The notes under the pieces were generated by a model. That model saw nothing but the letters and a program-made list of their open reading frames with translations. It was not told where the DNA came from and ran no database searches. A DNA stretch of 49,198 bases from a bacterium (GTDB taxonomy: Bacteria; Patescibacteriota; Gracilibacteria; BD1-5; UBA6164), in contig JBEPWB010000001.1 of assembly GCA_041642635.1 (NCBI GenBank), positions 1 to 49,198 on the forward strand. The letters run 5' to 3'. Shown here one piece after another: positions 1 through 9,986 of this stretch; position 1 is the first letter of the stretch; the number at the start of each line of letters is the position of its first letter. Made by a program: the position numbers and the translations under genes.

Positions 1-1441
1 TTCATTTTGCAACAAATAGTCTAGTTTGACCGTCAACTCAAGCGCTTGCTCTATTTGATCTATTATCTCTAGAATCACTTGTAAAATTTTCTTGTTTTAA
101 GTCATTATAATGAGTAGTTGAAAATTCAGCAGCGTATCATTCTTTTAATATAGCAGCTAAAACTAACGAAGCATCACCTAATTCTAATAAATCTTTTGCC
201 AAATCAACATAATGTAATTCTTCAGTATTTACTAATAATTCTCTAGTTTTGTCTATTAATCTTTTTTTCTTGAATTCAATAACTTCAGAAACTTCTGGAA
301 GAGTTTCAACTTTTATTTTTGATTTGATTGTTTTTTCTACCCAAGAAAGCATTCTTGAATCTTTTCTAGAAACAAAAGAAATAGCTTCTCATTTGTTCCC
401 TGCTCTACCAGTTCTACCTATTCTATGAGTATAAGTTTCTGGATTATCTGGAAGTGAGTAATTAACTACGTGAGTCAAATTGTTTACATCAATTCATCTA
501 GCAGCAACATCAGTAGCAACTAATATTTTAATAGCTCCGTTTTTGAATCTAGCAAGAGTTTTCTCTCTCATTTTTTGATCGATATCTCCATGAATTCACT
601 CAACTTTATAACCTCTATGCATAAGTCTTGCCGCAACGTCATCAACATCTGCTTTTGTTCTACAAAAAAGAATACCGTAAAAATCAAATTCTACTTCGAT
701 AACTCTACAAAGAGCTTCAAATTTGTCTTGTTCTCTAACTTTAAAACATTTTTGCTCAATATTTGAATTAGTTAATTCATTTCTTTCAATAGTAACTAAA
801 TCATGATCTTTTATATATTTGTTAACGATATCTTTAATACTTTTTGGCATTGTAGCAGAAAAAAGTAAAACTTTTTTATCTTTTGGAGTATATTCAATTA
901 TTTGTTCGATTTCTTCTTTAAAACCAATATTTAACATTTCATCAGCTTCATCTAAAACGAAATATTTAATATTTTCTATTTTTAGAGTTTTTCTTTTAGT
1001 TAAATGATCAATAACTCTACCAGGAGTACCAACAACTATTTGTGGTTCTCTTTTTAAACCCATTAATTCATCTCTAATATTTTGTCCTCCATATAATAAT
1101 TGAATTTTTACTGAACTATCAGCAAATGATTTTATTTCATCAGCAACTTGTATCGCTAATTCTCTAGTTGGAGCCAAAATCATTGTTTGAATTCATTTTA
1201 ATTTTGGATCTAATTTTTCTAAGATAGGTATTCAAAAACTAGCAGTTTTACCTGTACCAGTTTGAGCTTGACCAATAATATCTTTTTCTCAATTCAAAAG
1301 TAATGGAATTACTCATGCTTGAACAGCACTAGGAAAAGTATAACCTTTTTCCTCTATTTTTTTCAACATTTTATCTGATAAACCTAAGTCTGAAAATTTA
1401 ATTTTTGTACTAGTATCACCTGAATCTATTTGTATTGTCAT
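1..1441 (-). CDS. DEAD-box ATP-dependent RNA helicase (CshA/DeaD-like); the 3' end runs off the left edge
   Basis: ATG at 1441. [21 protein letters not shown] and [10 protein letters not shown] lie in one frame once in-frame TGAs are read as Gly (e.g. 1232-1234 in TGKTASF-G-IPIL). A DbpA-like tail ([10 protein letters not shown]) continues to position 1. Confidence 0.9.
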
Positions 1442-1769
1442 TTTTGAAATAACTTAATTTTTAAAACATAAAAAAAGAACAAGCATATAAAGCAAGTTCT
1501 TCTGTTAAAAGAGAAAAACTTCTTTAAAAAAATCAATATAATATAATTAATTTTACGCCATAACCTCTATTTGACCCAAATTAATTATATCCCATTATAT
1601 TGAGTCCTTAAAGGAAGTCTATTTTTTACATGGGGAGTATATTTATAATAATAAAAAAAGCAAATTTAAATAAAATGATTATAAAATTAATATATTTAGT
1701 ATAGTAAAACTTTAAAAATTAAGTAAAAACAATATAATAAAAATAAACTTAAAAATTAATTTTAAAAAA

Positions 1770-2891
1770 ATGTCTAATCAGTGATTAAAAAATAATTCCA
1801 TAGAAGCATTTTTTGACTTAGTCTTTGTTGCATTATTTATTCAATTAAATGAATTTTTGGTAACAAATTACTCTCTTGGAAACTTTTATATTTATACCAT
1901 TATATTACTTTGAATATATTGGATTTGGGTATGATACACTGTTTATCACGAAAGATTATCGATAATGCTAGATGAATTTGAGAAAAAAACATTATTTTTC
2001 AAGATAATAATTTTATGATTTATATGAGTATCTATTCCATGAATATTATCAGACACAACAGAAATATTTATAATACTTTTTGTATTAGCTAGACTTTTAT
2101 TGCTTATTCTCCGGATAAGAGCTTATAAAAAACAACCCGATATAAAAGGTATAGCAAAAGATTATGTTATTTGATTTAGCATTTGAATATGGATTTGGCT
2201 AAGTAGTTTATTTTTTGATAGCTTATTTATTCAAGCAATAATTTGGTCACTTGCAATATTTAGTGATTTATTAACTTCAATTGTTGCAGAAAAAAAATGA
2301 AAAAAACAATGAACTCTTTATACAAAACATTATTTTGAACGCTTCTCTTTATTAACTTTAATTGCAATTTGAGAATTAATAATTGTTATAGTAAAAAGAA
2401 GTTATGAGTTTGATCTCAATAATTATTCTAATATTGTATGAATAATTGTACTATTTTTTATAGTTTATTGGATATACAAAAAATATTTTGATGAATTTTA
2501 TGAAGCAAAAACTTACTATGATATAAAAAAAATACATGCTTATAATTATCTTCATTTTTTGATAATTTTTTCAATAATGCTTGTTTGATTAGGTTTTAGT
2601 CTTGCTATTTGAGAATACAATTTATATTTTTTTCAACATCAAATATCACTAATTGCAATTTGATTATGAATTTTTATATTGACAATTCGTGTACTTGAAA
2701 ATTTTCTATGATATCGTAAATTAAGTATTAGAAGATGATTTGTTATATTATCATTTATTATAGCATGATTTTTAATATATATATTTGAAATAAATAATTT
2801 ATGAATATTTTTAATTTTTGCTGTATTATGATTTGAAATATTTTTAAAAACCAAAAATAAAAATAATAACAAACCAAAAACACTATTATAA
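1770..2891 (+). CDS. LtrA (low temperature requirement A) family membrane protein, 373 aa
   Basis: ATG at 1770, TAA at 2889-2891. N-terminal EAFFDLVFVALF motif, HYFERFSLLTLIAIGE motif and multiple hydrophobic helices. About 20 internal TGA codons read as Gly. Confidence 0.7.
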
Positions 2892-2965
2892 TTTGACTTA
2901 TTATTTTTTTAATTTAAAATAAAAAAACATTTCTAAATAACAGATATGGGAAAGGAGATTTTGAA

Positions 2966-3316
2966 ATGAAAAATAGAGTTTTTTTAGCAAACCCAAAGTT
3001 TATAGACGAAAATAACCTTAGCGAAAGTGCAAAATCTGATCGATATAACAAACTAAAGCAAAGAATAAGAAGAAAGTCTGTTACCAATGATCCAAAAAAA
3101 AACATAGGTGTGAGATTTTTCTTCGCCAAACCGCTAATTCAAAACCAAGGACCTTTTGAATTCACAGTTAATATAAATGGATTCCGACTAATTATTGATG
3201 AAAATAATAAAGAAATTGGTTTTGAGGCATATTTAACATCTAAACTTGCAAGAAAAAACTATAACCTAATAGTTATAAAGGAAAATTTTATAATGAATAT
3301 AATTTTTCCAGAATAA
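2966..3316 (+). CDS. Small basic hypothetical protein, tandem paralog A (116 aa)
   Basis: Strong SD (GGAAAGGAGA) 7 nt before the ATG. Shares the block E-x-x-NEIGFEA-x-L-x-x-K...L-x-V-x-K-[ED]-NF with the next gene. Confidence 0.6.
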   Translation: MKNRVFLANPKFIDENNLSESAKSDRYNKLKQRIRRKSVTNDPKKNIGVRFFFAKPLIQNQGPFEFTVNINGFRLIIDENNKEIGFEAYLTSKLARKNYNLIVIKENFIMNIIFPE

Positions 3317-3353
3317 ACTGTTGATTTAAAATAGTGAAAAAAGGAGAACACTA

Positions 3354-3749
3354 GTGAAAAGTCAAGTCTGTATGTATAATCCGAGATTAAATCTAGAACC
3401 TAAATCAAAGGAAGATAAAAACAGATTATATCAAAGACTAAGAAATAAAATAAAAAGATTTTCTAATTCTAGAACGAATATCTTCTTTTTTAAAAAAGAA
3501 GTAAAGTTTTATGAAATAGATAATCCTTACTTTAAAACGGCAAGAAAATACATTGTAGAAATTTCATCATATAAAACAAAAATTGATGAATCTGGAAACG
3601 AAATAGGTTTTGAAGCAGTTCTAAGGACAAAATCTGCGTGGAAACCGTTTAAACTTGTTGTTGATAAAGACAATTTTGAAGCCTTTATGGTAAAAATCTG
3701 ACTTTTTACAAAAAGAACCTCTAAGATTAGAGGTTCTTTTTTTTTATAA
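3354..3749 (+). CDS. Small basic hypothetical protein, tandem paralog B (131 aa under code 25; 115 aa if TGA 3699-3701 terminated)
   Basis: SD AAGGAGAA followed by a GTG start. Paralog of 2966..3316. The code-25 reading frame passes through TGA 3699-3701 and through the terminator hairpin to TAA 3747-3749. Confidence 0.55.
3714..3745 (+). terminator. Rho-independent terminator
   Basis: AGAACCTCT-aagatt-AGAGGTTCT hairpin followed by a T8 run. Confidence 0.75.
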
Positions 3750-3927
3750 TATATTAATAAATTATAAAAAATTCTTTTTTTAAAAGTATCACGAAATTAT
3801 TGCTAGATTAAAAGTTTTTGAATACTAAAAAAAGATATAAAAGATAATTATATAAAAATTTACAATTATTATTGATAAATAAAGAATAATTAATACAATT
3901 AAAATAATATAAATATTAAAAAAAACA

Positions 3928-4338
3928 ATGAAAACATACGTCAAAACATACGAAGAAATACATGAATTATCAATAAAATCAAAGAAAAAGTACTCATGAA
4001 ATTTTGAACAAGAACTACAAAAAATTATAGAATCTTCTGAAGAAGTTATTAGAAGTGAAATAATTCCAAAATATAGTGTTGAGTATACTGAATTTTGAAA
4101 TTATACAGTAAAGATAAAAATAAATGATAAAACTAAAATGATAAACAAACTTATAGTTTGTAATTTTAATTATAAAATAAATGATGTTAAGTTTTGATAT
4201 ATTAATCCTGAGTTTTTATCAACTGAAAAATGACAAAAAACAAGAAAATATCCTTTATGAAAATTTAGTATAGATGATACAGATAAAATAATGCAAGATT
4301 TTATAATTAAATTAGTTGATATAATAGAAGAGTTTTAA
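3928..4338 (+). CDS. Hypothetical protein, 136 aa
   Basis: ATG to TAA ORF, continuous under code 25 (5 internal TGA). No recognisable motif. Confidence 0.5.
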
Positions 4339-4343
4339 AAATA

Positions 4344-4372
4344 AAAAAACATTTTGTAAAAAAATGTTTTTT
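4344..4372. terminator. Bidirectional hairpin terminator between convergent genes
   Basis: AAAAAACATTTT-gtaaa-AAAATGTTTTTT. It overlaps the last codons and stop of the helicase gene. Confidence 0.7.
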
Positions 4373-5628
4373 TATTTTTTCTTAGAATAGTGTCTTTTTT
4401 TGTTTGGGTTTGTTTTTGGTTTTTTCTTAAATCATTCTTTAAAATCAGTATATCAAAGAATTTTTCATTTTGGAATAATTTCTTTTTTATAACTATCATC
4501 ATCAATTACAGTTATTTTTTTTCAGATAGTTTTTTCTACATTTTTTAAATATTCTTTTTCGTGATCTATACAAAAAGTAATAGCTACTCATTTTTTTCAA
4601 GCTCTAGCTGTTCTTCAAATTCTATGAACATAATCTTCTGGTTCTAGTGGTATATTATAGTTTATAACACAAGACAATCAGTTAACATCCAATCATCTAG
4701 AAGCTATATCTGTCGCTACTAGTACTTTTATTTCTCAATCTTTTAAAGCTTTTAAAGCTCTTTGTCTAGCGTTTTGAGATCTGTTTCTATGAATATTATC
4801 AGCTTTGATTCAAGCAGTTTTTATATAATCTAAAACATATTCTGTATCATCTTTCGTCCTTACAAAAACAAGTATAGAATAAAATTCTTTTCTTTTTACT
4901 ATATTTTGTAGTAAATGTCTTCTATGGCTTGATTTAACATGATAAACTTGTTGGTTTATATTTTCTGTAGTTGATGCTACTTTATGAACTCTAACTTCTT
5001 CCTGACAATGCAATAAACTAGAAGCTAACTCTCTTATTTCAGTAGGCATTGTTGCAGAAAAAAACAATGTTTGTCTTTTTTCTGGAATTCTTTTCATTAT
5101 TTTTTTTATGTCTGGAAGAAATCACATATTAAGCATTTTATCAGCTTCATCTAAAACTAAATAATCAATATATGATAATTTAACTACTCATTGATTGATT
5201 AAATCTTCTAATCTTCAAGGTGTTGCTATCAAGATATCTATTCATTTTTCAATTGCTTTTATTTGATGAAAATCGTTAACACCTCAATATATAGTTGTAC
5301 TTTTAAGATTAACATTTGAACAATATAGTTTTAATGCTTCTCATATTTGAATAGCTAATTCTCTAGTTGGAGCTATAATTAGTCACTGCAACTTTCTTTT
5401 TATTTTTCATTCTTCTTCTAACTCTTTTCTTTCATTATAAAGACTTTGTAATATTGGTAGTACAAAAGCAAATGTTTTACCACTTCATGTTTGAGCACAT
5501 GCTAATATGTCTTTTCATTTTAAAGCTAGAGGTATAACTTTTTCTTGTATTTCTGTTGGAGTATCAAAACCTTCTCTCTCTAAAGCTTTTTGTAAAGGTC
5601 AAACAAGTCACAATTCATTAAATTTCAT
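4372..5628 (-). CDS. DEAD-box ATP-dependent RNA helicase (RhlE-like), 418 aa
   Basis: AQTGSGKT, PTRELA, DEAD, SAT and HRIGRTARAG in one frame with TGA=Gly, plus a basic C-terminal tail. ATG at 5628, TAA at 4372-4374. Confidence 0.9.
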
Positions 5629-5792
5629 TTTATTAATTTGATATTAAATATATATTAAACATATTACCCAGAATTAATAAAGCTACAAATAAAAAATAAA
5701 AAACATTTAATTTTTATAATCTAATATATTTATATTAACAACTTAATTTATTACTAAATATACTGCTGGTCGAACTAAATTTTGACAACAAA

Positions 5793-5825
5793 AAACAGCT
5801 TAGTATAGAGAATACTAAACTGTTT
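5793..5825 (-). terminator. Rho-independent terminator downstream of the pilin pseudogene
   Basis: 13/14 bp stem (AAACAGCTTAGTAT / ATACTAAACTGTTT) followed by a T-run on the minus strand. Confidence 0.6.
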
Positions 5826-5852
5826 GGTCTCATCAGAGACATCAATTTTACT

Positions 5853-5871
5853 TTATGGCGGTTCCACTAGG
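5853..5871 (-). repeat. Degenerate copy of the tRNA-Trp 3' end (att-like direct repeat)
   Basis: TTATGGCGGTTCCACTAGG matches TTATGGCAGTCCCACTAGG at 7770-7788 in 17 of 19 positions, in the same orientation. A GC-containing 19-mer is unexpected in AT-rich spacer. Confidence 0.5.
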
Positions 5872-5992
5872 TCTAAGTTAGAACTTTTAAATTTTTTTAG
5901 TGAATTAGATTTTTATATTGATGAGCTAGAAAGATTGATATAAAGATCATTTAGTATAAAGAATAATAATAAATATTAATATAAAGTAACTC

Positions 5993-7636
5993 CTAATTCT
6001 GATCTGGACAAGTTCACCACTGTGGTTGTAATGAAGATGAAAATATTGAATAAGTATCAAATCTGTCAGGTTTTGAACTTATATTACTAACACACCAATT
6101 TCTTAAATCTTGATTAAATGAATCTGAATAAGTAAACATTTCTGCCATATTAGTAACATTACTTGTATCCCATCATCCTATATCTCTATTAAACAAATCT
6201 GTACTAAAAAACATTCTTCTCATATAAACAACATTGCTTGTATCCCAACTTAATATATTTCCATTAAATGATTTATCATACATAAACAGACTATTCATAC
6301 TAGTAACATTACTTGTACAAGCTGTTTCTAACAAAGATTGATTTTCACGTATACTGTATAGTCAGTATGAATCATATGCAGTATAAGTAATTCAATTTAC
6401 TTCTCAATAATCTCATGGATTAGCTCAGTTACAAGTTATTGTAATACCATTAGGTGATAATTCAAAATTATCTGAATTTTCTCATCAAGTTGGCAACACA
6501 TAATCATTAAACTTAATATAAACATTTTTTGTATCATAAAAATTTTCATCTAAAAGAGCAACACTAGTATCAATCATAATGTTAAGGTCTTCTAAATTAT
6601 TAAATGTAACAAAAGCATTTCTTGGTCATATATTATTGTCAAAATATACAGTATTATAACTAAGATTTCAAGAGTTAAAGTTATAAATATAAAAAGATTG
6701 ACTATTATCGTTTCACAAAAAATACATAGCATCATTTTCAACCCATCAATATCAATCATTCCAATCTCAACAATTAAAAGCTTGATCATCACACCAATAT
6801 CAATTAGGATTATTTCACTCAAATGCCCAGACTCAATTAGATACATAATTATCAATAAAATCATTAGTATAAAGATTGTCTCATTTCCATTGATTAACTT
6901 CTTCTTCTATAATACATTCCTCATTTAAATTTATTTTTGCTGTTATAACTTCATCTTCATAAATCGTTGTTCATCAACAATCTGTTCAGTTACTTGAGTT
7001 TTGATTATTTTCATTTTCTATTATTTTTTGTTCTATTATTCATCATGAAAGTGTTTGTGGTCATTCTTTCCTTCTAAAGATTGCAGTATAATCATTACCA
7101 TCTGATAAGTCTATATCTTCTGTAGAGTTTTCTTGTACTGGTACATTTGTCACTGGTTCCATTAATACTCATAGAGAATCTCATATAACATACGGATATC
7201 TATTTTCATAATTCGCATATGTTGTTGGTACCAAATTATTATTAGAAATTAAATCATTCTCTAGTAACGCCATTAATTGAAATTTTGTTTTACTAGAGTT
7301 TGTTGTATATGTATAAAAAGTATCATCTAATGGGTCTTTTGCATTATTACTCACTCTTATATTATTTAATGTTCATGTTCATGAATATCATTGTATTAAA
7401 TAATTTGTTGTTCAACTTCATATATTTATTCCATTATCTGGTGATAATAGTACTCATTCTCTTGCTTGTTCTAGTTGCAATCATGTCCTTATTTGTCACA
7501 AGTCACTTATTCTTTTACTATCTCTTGAATCTCAACTAAATCATTGTAGTGAAATAAAAGCTATTGTTCATAGTATTGCTAGAATAGTAATTACTACTAT
7601 TAGCTATACTAGCGTAAAACCTTTTTTGTGTTGCAT
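5993..7636 (-). pseudogene. Type IV pilin-like protein with C-terminal DUF285/BspA-like repeats, interrupted by TAG at the Glu5 codon
   Basis: MQHKKG/FTLV-TAG-LIVVITILAIL prepilin N-terminus. The single in-frame stop is at 7604-7606, where the paralog has GAG. The remaining 537 codons are open to TAG 5993-5995. The C-terminus has repeats of the form NVTSM..LF / WDTSNV..M..MF / FNQDL..W.VSN. Confidence 0.75.
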
Positions 7637-7688
7637 AGGCAAATTTTTATATTTTAAAATATTATTGTTATATTTTTTTTAGTTTACA

Positions 7689-7750
7689 AAATAAACTCTA
7701 GTAGAAAATTTTACTAGAGTTTATTTAAAGAGTTTTTGAAAAAATTGCAA
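7689..7750 (-). promoter_or_regulatory. Conserved pilin upstream module: TTGCAA-17 nt-TAAATA promoter-like element overlapping a perfect 15 bp inverted repeat
   Basis: The inverted repeat is AAATAAACTCTAGTA / TACTAGAGTTTATTT (7689-7726), followed by a T-run on the minus strand. TTGCAA lies at 7745-7750. The whole module recurs at 30395-30456. Confidence 0.5.
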
Positions 7751-7772
7751 GTTTTTGTTTTATTGTTTTTTA

Positions 7773-7847
7773 TGGCAGTCCCACTAGGAATCGAACCTAG
7801 ATCGCAGGATTTGGAGTCCTGAATTCTAACCGTTGAACTATAGGACT
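7773..7847 (-). tRNA. trnW: tRNA-Trp (anticodon CCA), CCA end encoded
   Basis: 75 nt cloverleaf: acceptor AGTCCTA/TGGGACT, anticodon loop CTCCAAA, T-arm CTAGG-TTCGATT-CCTAG. Confidence 0.9.
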
Positions 7848-7876
7848 ATAAAGCTCTCTTTTTGAGAGAGCATTTT

Positions 7877-8662
7877 TTATATAGAAAATCTGTGAAAAGC
7901 AATAATATTACCTTCTCATACGAAAGTTTTAACTTTTACATTTGGATCCATAACAAAAGGTTGTTCTAATAGAGAAACTTCAGATTTGAATTTTCCCATT
8001 TTACCTTCGATAATTTTTAATAAAACATCGTCTGGTTTTCCTTCCATTTTTGGATCATTTTTCATGATTTCTAATTGAATTCCTTTTTCTTTTTCTAATG
8101 CTTCATCAGAAATTTCATCTGGAGATAAAAATTCTGGATTACTTGCAGTAACATGCATAGCAACTTGTCTAGCTTTTTCTGCATCAGTACCTTCTTTAGC
8201 AACGATTAATGCAGCTAATTTTCAGTTAGAGTGAACATATTCAGAAACAACATCACCTTCAACAATTTCATAATTAGAAATTTGTAAGTTTTCACCCATT
8301 TCCATAGCATAATTACTATTAATGAATTCTTGAGCAGCTTCTTTTGAATCAGAACCATTTTCTTTTAAAAATTCTACAACTTTATCAAGCATAGCTTTAA
8401 ATTTGTCAGAATTTGCTAAGAAATCTGTTTCACAAGAAACAGAAACGATATAAGCTTTATTACCTTCAGTAACAATTTTTATACCACCCTCAAAAGTGTC
8501 TCTGTCAGCTTTTTTTGCAGCTTTAGCTAAACCTTTTTTTCTTAATTCTTCAATAGCTTTTTCCATATCACCATCAGTTTCAGTAAGAGCTTTTTTACAT
8601 TCCATCATACCGATACCAGTCATTTCTCTTAATTCTTTTATTTGAGCAGCTGTAATTGCCAT
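7877..8662 (-). CDS. tsf: Elongation factor Ts, 261 aa
   Basis: N-terminal UBA-like MAITAAQIKELREMTGIGMMECKKAL. The two track ORFs join through TGA codons 8222-8224 and 7916-7918. Confidence 0.9.
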
Positions 8663-8689
8663 AATAAATTATTTATTAAATTATAAAAT

Positions 8690-8995
8690 TTATTTTTTTA
8701 AGTTTTTTTCAAAAAAATTATCCAAAAACTCAAGTTTAATATCTTCTCATATGTAAGCTTTGTAACCAAAAACGATACTAACTCCCATATAAAAAAGAAA
8801 TAATAACCCCATAAATAACCAAGACATTAAAATAGTTAATACAAAATATACTATAAAAAATACCATTCAATATCTCATGTGTTTTTCAAAAGTTTTTGTT
8901 TTATTTTCTTCTATAAAAAATAAAACAAAAGCAACCATAGGTATATAACATAGAGCATTTTTTAATCTCTCATTTTGTCCTTCTTTAATTTCCAT
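8690..8995 (-). CDS. DUF4870-like small membrane protein, 101 aa
   Basis: ALCYIPMVAFVLFFIE...H motif and two or three hydrophobic helices. It sits between rpsB and tsf. Confidence 0.55.
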
Positions 8996-9075
8996 TTTTA
9001 TATTTTTTAATGAATAAGGAATAATTATATAATAATTATTCCTATAAAAAAGCAATATAATTTTTTGCAAATATA

Positions 9076-9858
9076 TTATTCAGAAACTTTTTTAACAGTT
9101 GGTTTTTTAGTTACTTTTTTTTCTCAACTAACTTTTTTATCATCAACTTTTTTTACTTTTGAAGCATTTGAAGTTTTAGCTTGAGTACTTCCAGTTAAAC
9201 AAGAAGATATTTCAGACATAACATATTCTATAGATTTAACTGCATTTGTATTAGCAGGAATACAATTATCAACCAAAGTATCATCTCAGTTAGTATTTAA
9301 AATTGCAAATGATTTTATTTTTAAAGAGTTAGCTTCTTTAACAGCTTGATCCTCATAAACACCATCAACAACAAAAATATAATCTGGCATTTTTTTCATT
9401 TCTTTTACTCAAGCATATGCTTTTTGTAATTTTTCATGTTCTAATAATTTGGCAGCTTTTTCTTTTTTTGTTAACATATCAAAAGCACCATTTTCTAAAT
9501 CACTAGATAATTTAATGTAAGTAGAAATTCTTTTTTTGATTGTTTTAAAGTTTGTTAATAAACCTGGAACCCATTTTTCAGCAACATAAAAATGTCCTGA
9601 GTCAGAAGCTACTTGCTTAACAGAATCTCTTGCTTGTAATTTTGTACCTACAAATAAGATTTTTTTACCTGATTCATGAATTTCTTTTATTTCAGATTTT
9701 ACTTCTTCTAATTTTACAACAGTTTTAGTTAAGTCAATAACATGAACTCAATTTACTGAACCATAAATATATGATTTCATTTTTGGATTCCAGTAGTTAG
9801 ATTTATTACCGATATGTAATAAATTCTCAAACATTTTATTCAAAACAGCTTTACTCAT
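9076..9858 (-). CDS. rpsB: 30S ribosomal protein S2, 260 aa
   Basis: LLHIGNKSNYWNPKMKSYIYG..NGVHVIDL, with a basic K-rich tail. Code 25 is required. Confidence 0.92.
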
Positions 9859-9986
9859 ATTTTCCTTTATTAATTATTATATATAAAACAGGCAGATTCA
9901 CTTATTAAAATAAGTAAACAGGATGGCCTTAATAATGAAATTTTTGTGTGATTACACTTCCCAAAAATTCATCTTATTAAAAATTA

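Noticed and set aside
1571-1600. TTGACC-17 nt-ATTATA promoter-like match upstream of the LtrA gene, and similar matches in other intergenic regions.
   Set aside because: Such hexamer pairs are expected by chance at this base composition. I kept only those supported by conservation (pilin modules), an embedded palindrome (trxA) or good spacing to a gene start.
2112-3187. Possible reassignment of CGA/CGG, as reported for some SR1-related lineages and prompted by the GCG-anticodon tRNA-Arg.
   Set aside because: Of the few in-frame CGA codons I checked, CGA 3041-3043 aligns with an AGA Arg in the tandem paralog, and CGA 3185-3187 aligns with Lys/Thr. The single CGG (2112-2114) sits in a basic juxtamembrane stretch. 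Nothing suggests Trp or another meaning, but the sample is far too small to be decisive.
9859-9986. Possible structured autoregulatory leader upstream of rpsB (small hairpins ACTTATT-aaa-ATAAGT and GTGT-gatt-ACAC, direct repeat AAACAGG).
   Set aside because: The stems are short and AT-rich, and there is no resemblance I can verify to the known S2 leader pseudoknot. This cannot be assessed without comparative sequences.
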